A DNA stretch of 63,652 nt, the filler included, from Octopus bimaculoides (lineage: Eukaryota), in the NCBI RefSeq assembly GCF_001194135.2. It is 4 parts of 4 records of this genome, joined end to end, with 100 filler letters (N's around TTAATTAATTAA, not from the genome) between each part and the next. Parts side by side here need not be neighbours in the genome. Positions count along the whole stretch, not along the records: positions 44,129 to 60,198 come from NC_068998.1; positions 60,299 to 63,652 come from NC_069007.1; 2 more parts are not named here. One strand, written 5' to 3'. Every line of letters starts with the position of its first letter. The stretch's first letter is position 1. Shown here in pieces: positions 53,133 to 63,652 of this stretch. The notes beneath the pieces are model-generated. The model did not search any database. It saw only the letters and a program-made list of their open reading frames with translations, and had not been told where the DNA came from. The position numbers were made by a program, and so were the translations under genes.

Positions 53133-53207
53133 TTGTTCACTATTGTTCACTAGTGTTCATTTGACATTCTTGTTCACTAATGTTCACTAATGTTCACTGA
53201 TGTTCAT
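53133..53207 (+). repeat. 10-bp minisatellite (TGTTCACTAA-like)
   Basis: About seven units visible. Confidence 0.85.
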
Positions 53208-53925
53208 TTTTCAATTTCGACGTATTCCTCTTTGGAGATTCAATATGAACTTTGACTTAGATCCTATATCCTAGAACAGTACGCCCACATGATATACACA
53301 ACGTTATGCACACATAAAGCAAGTTTTCCCACATTAATTCCCCAGAAAATGAAGTGGCAAAGATCTGCTTAAGCTGACCCATGATATTACATTATCTCAC
53401 TGCATAGCCATTCCTCAATATTGCGTTCCATATTGAATCTGCTATTACCTCGTGACACATTTATTCAAGCAATTAATGCATTACATTTTCTTCACTAGGT
53501 TTCACCATTAAAATTTACGTTAAATCTGATATACAAACTTTTATTCGGTAGAGGATGAAAACTTATATGATGTAAGATTCGGAAGTTAGCAAGACAGTAA
53601 TTAATGTTAACAGGAAACAATTAATTATCAGAAGACAAACATGCTGCGACGATAGATTTTTGGTTAGCCGGCGGCAATTTTATTCGAATAACTATTGAAC
53701 GTGATTAAAATACAGGCAGAAAGAAGGAGCTAATCGTCATTCATTTTCTCACATTGTGTATGTATACAATTGCGAGTGAAATCATGATTAAGTTTTAGGC
53801 AGCAGTAGAAGTGTACTCGCTCACGATCTGCACAATCCATCGGAACAATGCGGTGGATAAGAAAGTGAAATAACTTGATAGTTAGCTCACACATTGCTTT
53901 GCTGGAAAGTGGTATAATACTGAAT

Positions 53926-53957
<32 letters not shown>

Positions 53958-53959
<2 letters not shown>

Positions 53960-54157
53960 TTTTATCCTTTTATTTGTTTCAGTCATTTGACTGCGGTCAT
54001 GCTGGAGCACCGCCTTTAGTCGAGAAAATCGACCCAAGGACTTATTCTTTGTAAGCCTAATACTTATTCTATCGTACCCTTTTGCCGAACCGCTAAATTA
54101 CGAGGAGTAAACACACCAGCATCGGTTGTCAAGCGATGTTGGGGAACAAACACACAC
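53958..54157 (-). mobile_element. Octopus-type SINE 3' half, cut by a gap
   Basis: Aligns with 2621-2800. Confidence 0.85.
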
Positions 54158-55149
54158 NNNNNNNNNNNNNNNNNNNNNNNNNNNNNNNNNNNNNNNNNNN
54201 NNNNNNNNNNNNNNNNNNNNNNNNNNNNNNNNNNNNNNNNNNNNNNNNNNNNNNNNNNNNNNNNNNNNNNNNNNNNNNNNNNNNNNNNNNNNNNNNNNNN
54301 NNNNNNNNNNNNNNNNNNNNNNNNNNNNNNNNNNNNNNNNNNNNNNNNNNNNNNNNNNNNNNNNNNNNNNNNNNNNNNNNNNNNNNNNNNNNNNNNNNNN
54401 NNNNNNNNNNNNNNNNNNNNNNNNNNNNNNNNNNNNNNNNNNNNNNNNNNNNNNNNNNNNNNNNNNNNNNNNNNNNNNNNNNNNNNNNNNNNNNNNNNNN
54501 NNNNNNNNNNNNNNNNNNNNNNNNNNNNNNNNNNNNNNNNNNNNNNNNNNNNNNNNNNNNNNNNNNNNNNNNNNNNNNNNNNNNNNNNNNNNNNNNNNNN
54601 NNNNNNNNNNNNNNNNNNNNNNNNNNNNNNNNNNNNNNNNNNNNNNNNNNNNNNNNNNNNNNNNNNNNNNNNNNNNNNNNNNNNNNNNNNNNNNNNNNNN
54701 NATATATATATTACGTTTTAATATTTCATTTAGGCATTGCGATACTTATAAGATGGTGTAAAACTGCATATACACAGGCTTCAGAGCGAAGCGTAAGCTT
54801 AGTACAGAGTGGTAATAAGAAAAATAGATGACAAAGGAATAAATTGTTTATTGCTATAAGATGCAGTGGAAACATAGTTGAGTGCCTGAATAACAGATAT
54901 ATACATATAACGGATATTTGAGACAGACACAACTTTTGTAACGAATATTAGTTACAATATTTTGGCTCAAGGCCAGCTATTTGGATTACGTCAACCCTTG
55001 TGATCAACTGGTAATTATTTTATAGACCCCAATATGTGGTAGCGCAGATTTTCTTTTTTTATTTTCTTCAAGTTTTGTTTTGCTGCTGAGTTACTGAGTT
55101 CCAAAATACTTTGTGCATTTCAACCTACTCAAGCTTCTCAGTACCCAGT

Positions 55150-56220
55150 TTAAAGTTAATATTTACTTATCTTTTCACAGTATGATTTTTGATTTCGTGT
55201 GATTGAAATGAATTCCATGCGTATTTGATACCTTCTCCGCTCTGTTATTTCTTGAAGTCCTGCTTCAGTTTCCGCAGTAGAACAGAACAGTATCACCTAC
55301 ACACCTTAGATTAAAAATATGCAAGCCATGTATTTTGATGTCGTCTTCTTGTATTGCTCCTCACATCATCCACTGAAGGTAGATGATAAACAACTATGGA
55401 GAAAGAATATAACCCTGAGGAACCCTTTTCTCTTTTTCAATTCTTCTGCGTTCTGAGTATTTACCCAAAAGCAGGACTCTTGCTGAATGTAAAGCTACCT
55501 GATGAACCTAAATGAGGTTTTTTCGGAACACCGATATTAGACATGATGCGCCATATGTGGTCTTAGTTTGCACAATCAAAGTCCTTTCTTTAGTCAGTGT
55601 AACAAAAGAAAGTTGTAAGAGATGTGTGCTCCTGTTTTTTCTAAAATGTGGGTGTAATGCAGATGATCTCTTGCGTTATGCCCGATTCCAAAGTCAGTCT
55701 GCTCTTCAGCTATTTCTTGGTCGATGAATGGTTTTAAACGTTCTAGAATGATAACCAAAATACTTTACATGCATGTGGTATCAGAACAATTGTTCCATTG
55801 TTCTTACACATAAGCAGTACTCCCCTTTCTGCGTATGGCTACATATTCTGTTGTACATCAATTTGATGACCACTCGTCCGACCCCCAGATTTTACGGCAG
55901 TTTGTGGAGTATTGTAATGACTGCTCCCTTGCACTTTGATTAGGTCAATCGCCACTGCATTTAGATCAGCTGGTTTCCATGTTTTTAGATATACCTCAGC
56001 TCTCTCTATCTTACTTCGTACTGAATCAGGTGTTCATTTTTATAGCCTGAATCTGGATGGGCCACGGTAACCATTGGATCGCTTTCGTTCAATTTCTTGG
56101 TGTACTGTAACCATCTTAATTTAGCTGCCGTGATGCTCTTAGAACTATTCCCTTTTGTAATTGTAGTGTATTTTCCTTTGAAGTTCTTCACCTGCTGGAA
56201 AAGATTTTCGAGTTACTGTA
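55150..56220 (-). mobile_element. RTE/BovB-like LINE RT region, decayed
   Basis: LERLKPFIDQEIAEEQTDFG, PQGYILSP and IKIHGLHIFNLRCVGDTVL remnants, similar to GGRNINNLRYADDT. Confidence 0.8.
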
Positions 56221-56448
56221 TTTAGCTGTTTTAGATTTTCACACAAGTGGGTAATGTTATTTTTATGAATTTTGTTTTGCAAGATGTGAAATCGTGTGTT
56301 GAAACAAGTATTGTTATTCTAAAGGGATGGTCGTTTCGTTTTTCTCACTAAATAAACACATGCATTATATGGGTTCTTCACTCGTTTATTATAAAAAGAT
56401 AGAATGGATTAAACAGAGCAGGAGGGGATATGTAGGATGAAAGACTCG

Positions 56449-56480
56449 CTGAAGAGGTCATAGGTGTGTGACGAAAGATT
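56449..56480 (+). ncRNA. Hammerhead-like core within an inverted repeat
   Basis: CTGAAGA-G-GTCATA(GGTG)TGTGAC-GAAA: intact core boxes and a 6-bp stem II with one GU pair. Stems I and III not found. Confidence 0.45.
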
Positions 56481-57614
56481 TTCAGACATTGGTTATAAAA
56501 TGAAATACGAACAATAATAAACGAGTGAAAAACGAATATATAGTGCGTGTGTTTCTTTGGCAAGAAGAATAATGAATGACACTCCCGAAATATAACAATA
56601 TGGTGATGTTATTGTTATCAGTACAAGCCATGGTCATGAAAGTGAAATTCCACCTTAAGGTAAGATATATTTTGTTTGTCAGTAAAACGTGGTCTCATTA
56701 TTTGTAACAAATGAAGTTTCTCATGTGGGCATGAGTAGGCATAAAACTAACAGAAAACGTTCACGAAGTTATTATTAAAAGTGCTACTACGCCTGCACGT
56801 CTGCTGTCAATGGTACTATCTTTATTTATGTATACATATTTTATGTACGTGTATGTATGTATGTATGTATGTATGTATGTATGTATGTATGTGTGTGTAT
56901 GTATGTGTGTCAGTGAGTGTGTGTATGTGTGTGTGTGCGTGTTTACACATATATATGTATTTGTGATCTTACTTATTAGAATATCCCTTGCTATTAGATT
57001 CATTATTTGAAACTCTATTCGCAAAAGTTTTCACACACTCATGTCGACCCCTTAAGTGATGTTTGAATGAAACATAATACTTGTTTTCATTAGTCTCAAT
57101 ACAAATGAGTAACAGAAGAATGGGAGTGTGTGACAGAAACAGAGAGGGGAGTGGTAAAGACGGCTGCTAGCTTTAGGGAATGGCTTTGAGTCTGCAAGAT
57201 TTTGCGTTCCTATAGAGGTGACAGAGAGAAGATAATATTGAGACAGAGAAATATATAAAGTAGATTGTGTTTTTTTTTTTATATTGCATGCCGTGATTCT
57301 CTAATATCAAAGCACTACACCACAGTCCCTACGGATTCCATAATATCATTTCCATTTCCTTGGCTGGTCCGTCTATATCTCAATGACTTACTTTCAAAAT
57401 CATTGAATAGAACTGGAATAAAGGTTGATTCATACGTTATTTTTTTTTAATTTCTTTTCTAATAGATATCTTTGATTCAGTCAAGAATAATATCAGTATT
57501 ATTATGGCCTCGTGTGATAACTTGCGTGACAATGTAATTATCCTACTTTTTCATAATCGAATGTTAATTAGAATATTTCCCGCATATAGAAAACATACAT
57601 ATGAGAGAATAGGC

Positions 57615-57760
57615 AAGTAGTAGTAGTAGTAGTAGTAGTAGCAGGACGAGGAGGAGGAGCAGGAGGAGAAGGAGGAGGAGCAGGAGGAGAAGGAGGAGGA
57701 GGATCAGCAGCAGTATTATGATTGTCAATTCTTCTTCTTCTTCTTCTTCTTCTTCTTCTT

Positions 57761-57852
<92 letters not shown>

Positions 57853-57968
57853 CATCACCATCATCATCATCATCGTCATCATCATCATCATCATCATCAT
57901 CATTAGTATTGTTATTATGATTATTATTATTTTTATTATTATTATTATTTTTATTATTATTATTATTA
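57615..57968. repeat. Compound trinucleotide array (GTA/GGA/TTC/TTA/TCA)
   Basis: Seen directly. Explains the poly-R, poly-I and poly-M ORFs. Confidence 0.95.
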
Positions 57969-59438
57969 ATTGTCTTTGCGCAGCTTCTAACGCTGGAGTT
58001 GTACCACGGTGTCAGCTTTTCACTACCAGTGAACTAAGGTAATACCTCATATTTTTCGAGCACCTTCCGGAGTATTCGAGCGGTTCCAAGAAGCGCAGTT
58101 TTCTGCAAGTACTGCACCCTTATGTTAAGCCCTATTTGTTCCATATACCTCTCAAGATTTTTACTCGCTGTTCCCAGTGATCCGACAATTATTAGTACTA
58201 CTACCACCTTTGTCAGCGACCACAACTGCTTAACCTTCCCAGTTAACCTGTCATATTTATCGACTTTTCTTTCTTCCTTATCGCATAACTTGTTGTCAGC
58301 TGGGCATGCTATATGTATGACCCAACATCGTTTGAATTCTTTCTCAATTAACATTATGTCTCGCTTCCTATTCTCTATCTCATGGTCACATTGAATCATA
58401 AACTCCTATAGGATCTCTGCATTATCACTTTCGAGAGTGCCTTCGGGTTTATATTCGTACCATTTTTTTGCTATGTCAAGTCCATACTTGTTGCAAAGTG
58501 TCCATGGGTAAGCCTTGTTATGTTGTCATGACATCTTTTATATTCTTTCTGGGCTACTGGCGTACACTGACTGGTAATATTCCAAAAAGTTTCACGATTT
58601 TGTCCACAAAGTTTTCACTTTTCACTTTCTAATGTATTGTTTATTCCGCATTTGATTTAATTAGTTCTTAATGCTTGCTCTTGGGCAGCACAGATTAGCA
58701 CCTCCATTTCCGATCCATAGCCATCTTATTTTCTCTGTTTGTCTTATCTTCAACATCCCTATGAACTTGTCCATGCATTCTTTTCTTTATCCACCTATTT
58801 TAGTTTCATTTATTCTCAAGTGCTTGTACAGTGCTTTATCTTTGCAATCTTCCATCCCACATAAGCATGCCTTCTTACTTCATTTAATAGCAGTTCTGTG
58901 GCATTTTTTACATACCATGCTATGTTGCTTTCTTCTGCTCTAATGCTCTGTTCGCATCCAATCAGTCCTCTTGCCCCTCTTTTTCTTGGTACATACGATC
59001 TGTCTGTGTCACTTTTCGGGTAGGGTATCCCAGGTCTAGTCAGCAACTTGCTTGTCTTTCTGTCTAAGCTGTTTAGTTCGTCTACTGTCCCTGTAATTAC
59101 CCCTGCTCCATATATAAGGATTGATACTGCCCAGGTGTTGATAGCGTCAATCATATTCCGTCCGTTTAATTTCGACATAAGGATCAGTCTCAGTCTGCAC
59201 AAGTACACCACCTTCAATTTTTCTGTCATTTCTTTCTTCATCAATTTTTCCATATGCTATCAGTTCCCTCCTTCACTTCAGCATACTTTTTCCAAGCAAT
59301 TGCTCAACATTCGATGCAATACCATAATCCAAAAATGAGGTATCATATCGTTCGCCTTACGATAATCGATCCATAGCATGGCTAAGTTAGTTTTCCTCCT
59401 CCTGCAGTCTCTAAGTACAGTTTTATCTACAATGAGAA
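57969..59438 (-). mobile_element. R4/Dong-like LINE (lineage A): RT N-part, internal deletion, thumb, CCHC, RLE, 3' UTR
   Basis: ORFs 59278-59610 (LWIDYRKANDMIPHFWI), 58816-59253 (KLNGRNMIDAINTWAV...YVPRKRGARGL) and 58034-58399 (IQCDHEIENRKRDI...LQKTALLGTARILRKVLE). (TAA)n follows in sense. Confidence 0.9.
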
Positions 59439-59898
59439 CGCCGGGGACGTTTAAGAGAGAACACCGGGGGCATTTAAAAGAGAACACCGAGGACATGTGA
59501 GAGCGATAAAAACTGATCCGAAATATATCCAAAAACATCGGGAATAAATACAAGCGTAGCCTGAAATAAATTACAAACTGTTGAACTATATCCGAGTAAG
59601 TAACATTCATTACAATTTCTTTTTGCTTTCCGAATGAAACGATGTATTTTAACTGTGTTTACCTCCGTCACTTACACAACACGTGTAAAGACGCTCGCCA
59701 CACTGACAAAGCGCTGGACTCCACCCGAGTAAGTAAAGTGTCGGACTATAGCTGAGTACGTACATATCCGACTCTATCCGATTAGGTACACATCAGAAAT
59801 ACGCAAGTACATAAACTAATTACGTACACACCCCAGTTTTGCATGAACACATTTTAATGTTTGAAAATAGCATTAAGCAATGCATAAACAAGCGCGCA

Positions 59899-59985
<87 letters not shown>

Positions 59986-60442
59986 ATGAGTGTATTTGTT
60001 TTTATATGTATATTTTGGTAGGTACATGTGTGTATGTGTAGATATATATTTATGTATATATGTATATTTATGGTAGTATGTATGTTTTGGTCTATATGTG
60101 TTATATGTATTTATATATATGTGTGTATTTATGTATATATGTGTATGTATGTTTTTATTTATGTATATGCTTTTATTAGTGTTTATGTGTATATATGTNN
60201 NNNNNNNNNNNNNNNNNNNNNNNNNNNNNNNNNNNNNNNNNNTTAATTAATTAANNNNNNNNNNNNNNNNNNNNNNNNNNNNNNNNNNNNNNNNNNNNAT
60301 ATATATATATATATTTGTATACATATATGTATATATATTTGTATACATATATGTATATATATGTGTATACATATATGTATATATATATGCATACATATAT
60401 GTATATATATATGTATACATATATGTATATATATATGTATAC

Positions 60443-60480
<38 letters not shown>

Positions 60481-60663
60481 GTATATATACACGCATGCAT
60501 GCATCTGTGTATGTATATATGCATGCATAGATGTATATATATCATGTATGTATGCATTCCTACATGCATGTATATGTAATGTGTATGTAAGCATGCATAC
60601 ATGCAAATATTCATGCATGCATGTTTCCTTGTGTACTCATTTATGCATTCATATGCATATCCA

Positions 60664-60700
<37 letters not shown>

Positions 60701-61806
60701 NNNNNNNNNNAGGGTTGTGGGGGGGGGGAGTCGGTGAGTGGGGAGTGATTACCTGAGTGAAAATATGTTTCAGATGTTACAGTTTCTAGAAATTGGGGTC
60801 ATTAGACACACCCTGTCGCACACACACATACACTCAATATTCAATAATATACACCTTTCACACACTGTTACACACACACACACATCACATGCCATATATA
60901 TACATGTACATACTCCCACGCACACCACTACATTCACATACATACACACACACACACACTACATGTTCACATTCTGATTTAGTCATTCACAGGCATTTCA
61001 ACAGCTTTTCAGATACATACACATATACACATACGTACATAAATGTCTATAACTAAATCTTAATGTGTGTGCATGCATGTGCATATGCACACACACACAC
61101 ACACACACATTTTATATTTATATGTTTCTATTTTTATTTCTGCATACCTTCTGTCCCATAATCCTCTCTGGTGCAAAAAAGTAAATGCAATTTTATCTAT
61201 GGATAGCTTAGGTTACATTTCAAAGCCTGTGTGTATACATATATATATGTATGTATGTATGTATATATATATATATATATATATNNNNNNNNNNNNNNNN
61301 NNNNNNNNNNNNNNNNNNNNNNNNNNNNNNNNNNNNNNNNNNNNNNNNNNNNNNNNNNNNNNNNNNNNNNNNNNNNNNNNNNNNNNNNNNNNNNNNNNNN
61401 NNNNNNNNNNNNNNNNNNNNNNNNNNNNNNNNNNNNNNNNNNNNNNNNNNNNNNNNNNNNNNNNNNNNNNNNNNNNNNNNNNNNNNNNNNNNNNNNNNNN
61501 NNNNNNNNNNNNNNNNNNNNNNNNNNNNNNNNNNNNNNNNNNNNNNNNNNNNNNNNNNNNNNNNNNNNNNNNNNNNNNNNNNNNNNNNNNNNNNNNNNNN
61601 NNNNNNNNNNNNNNNNNNNNNNNNNNNNNNNNNNNNNNNNNNNNNNNNNNNNNNNNNNNNNNNNNNNNNNNNNNNNNNNNNNNNNNNNNNNNNNNNNNNN
61701 NNNNNNNNNNNNNNNNNNNNNNNNNNNNNNNNNNNNNNNNNNNNNNNNNNNNNNNNNNNNNNNNNNNNNNNNNNNNNNNNNNNNNNNNNNNNNNNNNNNN
61801 NNNNNN

Positions 61807-61855
<49 letters not shown>

Positions 61856-61880
61856 ACACACACACAATCATGTATATATA

Positions 61881-62267
61881 GGATGGCTGTGTGGTAAGAA
61901 GCTTGCTTACCAACCACATGGTTCCAGGTTCAGTCCCACTGCATGGCACCTTGAACAAGTGTCTTCTACTATAGCCTTGGGCAGACCAAAGCCTTGTGAG
62001 TAGATTTGTTAGACGGAAACTGAAAGCAGCCCATCATATATGTGTGTGTGTGTGTGTGCTTGTTGTTTGTGCCTGTGTTTGTTCCTCCACCATCACTTGA
62101 CAGCCGATGTTGGCGTGTTTACGTCCCTTTCACTCAGCAGTTTGGCAAAGAGAGACCAATAGAACAAGTACTAGGCTTACAAAGAATAAGACTTGAAGTT
62201 GATTTGTTTGATTAAAGGCAGTGCTCCAGCATGGCTCCAGTGAAATAACTGAAACAAGTAAAAGAAT

Positions 62268-62268
<1 letters not shown>
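61881..62268 (+). mobile_element. Full-length octopus-type tRNA-derived SINE
   Basis: Head ggatggctgtgtggtaagaagc...GGTTCAGTCCC, internal (TG)n, and tail gtgctccagcatgg...gaaacaagtaaaagaata. May correspond to a published octopus SINE family (unverified). Confidence 0.85.
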
Positions 62269-62300
<32 letters not shown>

Positions 62301-62580
62301 CATATATATATATATATATATGAGAGAAAGAAAAATACACACGGTATATGCATACAAATGCATACATACAAACACACACATTCATATATATATATGTATA
62401 CACACACATGCAGCTTATAATTGGCATCAGGCTGTTCTATTTATTTTCTACACATGGACGGCATGGGTGTGTATATGGCGGACAAAATAAATATGCCATG
62501 TTTAATGTTGTACATCATTGCTTCAGTGCATAAAATGAGGAGTTCTGCTTTCTACCTTGACAATATACCATTATACACAT

Positions 62581-62626
<46 letters not shown>

Positions 62627-62949
62627 TCCTCTGTGTGTGTGTGTGCTGACATACATATATCAGTACATGCACAAACACTCAAGCATCTTCGTCATTTTAA
62701 TGCCCACTTTTGCATGGGTCAGTCAAATTCTCTTGAAGCAGATTTTCTATGGATGTCTACACACACATTTCCACAGACACACACACACACCCACACACAC
62801 ACATATATGTATGTATATATACATGCATGCATCTTTACACACACATGCATCTTTACACACACACACACTGTCTCACAGAACGCTGTGCACCTGTATGTAC
62901 TTTTGGATATTTCAAAAGCTTTAGTAAAGAAAAATTTTGATTGTTGCAC

Positions 62950-63185
62950 TTTTCCTTCTCCTTCTCCTCCATTTTCTTCTTCTTCTTCTTCTTCTTCTTC
63001 TTCTTCTTCTTTGTCTTCTTTTTCTTCTTCTTCTTAATTTTCTTCTGCTTCTTCTTCTTAATTTTCTTCGTCTTCTTTTTCTTCTTCCTCTTCTTCTTCT
63101 TTTTCTTCTTCTTCTCCTTTTTCTTCTTCTTTTTCTTCTTCTCCTTCTTCTTCTTCTTCTTCTTCTTCACCTTCTTCTTCTTTTC
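62950..63185 (+). repeat. Degenerate (TTC)n tract
   Basis: Seen directly. Gives the poly-K, poly-F and poly-L ORFs. Confidence 0.95.
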
Positions 63186-63555
63186 AAAAGACATCTAACT
63201 TTGCGCCATGCTTTTCTTCTTCTCTGTCAGCAAAAGATTTCACTTTGCTTCCCAATAATCAATAAACTTCCCTTGGTTTGATGAAATCGATGATGACATG
63301 AAGGCATGGTGGGTGTGGTGGGGGGTATATAAAAACAAAATCAACCACAATAAAAAATATATATAACTTAGAAACTCTTTATTAAACGAGGTCATGTGAT
63401 TCGTTAACGAGGATGATGAACCTGGTGAAATGAACCACAATTCTAGAACTGTGCATGTGCGATGACAGGCATGAATGGGTGTATATATAAATGTATGTGA
63501 GTATATATATGTGCATCATGGAAGCTATACTACACAACTTATATATGTATATACA

Positions 63556-63588
<33 letters not shown>

Positions 63589-63593
63589 ATACC

Positions 63594-63652
<59 letters not shown>

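Noticed and set aside
62853-63194. Poly-lysine ORF on the minus strand
   Set aside because: Reverse complement of a degenerate (TTC)n tract.

Overview
Eukaryotic, AT-rich, microsatellite-saturated draft-assembly DNA with about 8 kb of N gaps. The SINE families and simple-repeat density point to a coleoid cephalopod, probably Octopus (inference). No host gene can be called with confidence; only four weak exon candidates were found, so the window reads as intergenic or intronic. Almost all long ORFs in the track are microsatellite or N artefacts. The non-simple sequence is mostly retroelement remnants: about seven R4/Dong-like restriction-like-endonuclease (RLE) LINE pieces of one lineage, three of a second RLE lineage, one HERO-like 3' end, a 1.8-kb L1/Tx1 fragment plus two further possible 3' ends, two RTE fragments, three Penelope-like element (PLE) fragments, many SINE or SINE-like copies and a MITE. 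Two patterns stand out. First, five hammerhead-ribozyme-like motifs, one with near-complete minimal type-I architecture at 30161-30199 (-). Second, consistent strand polarity around TAA/TTA microsatellites: R4/Dong ends and a 210-bp short element abut (TAA)n in their sense strand, while L1/Tx1-type ends abut (ATT)n. Family names come from remembered motifs, not database searches.
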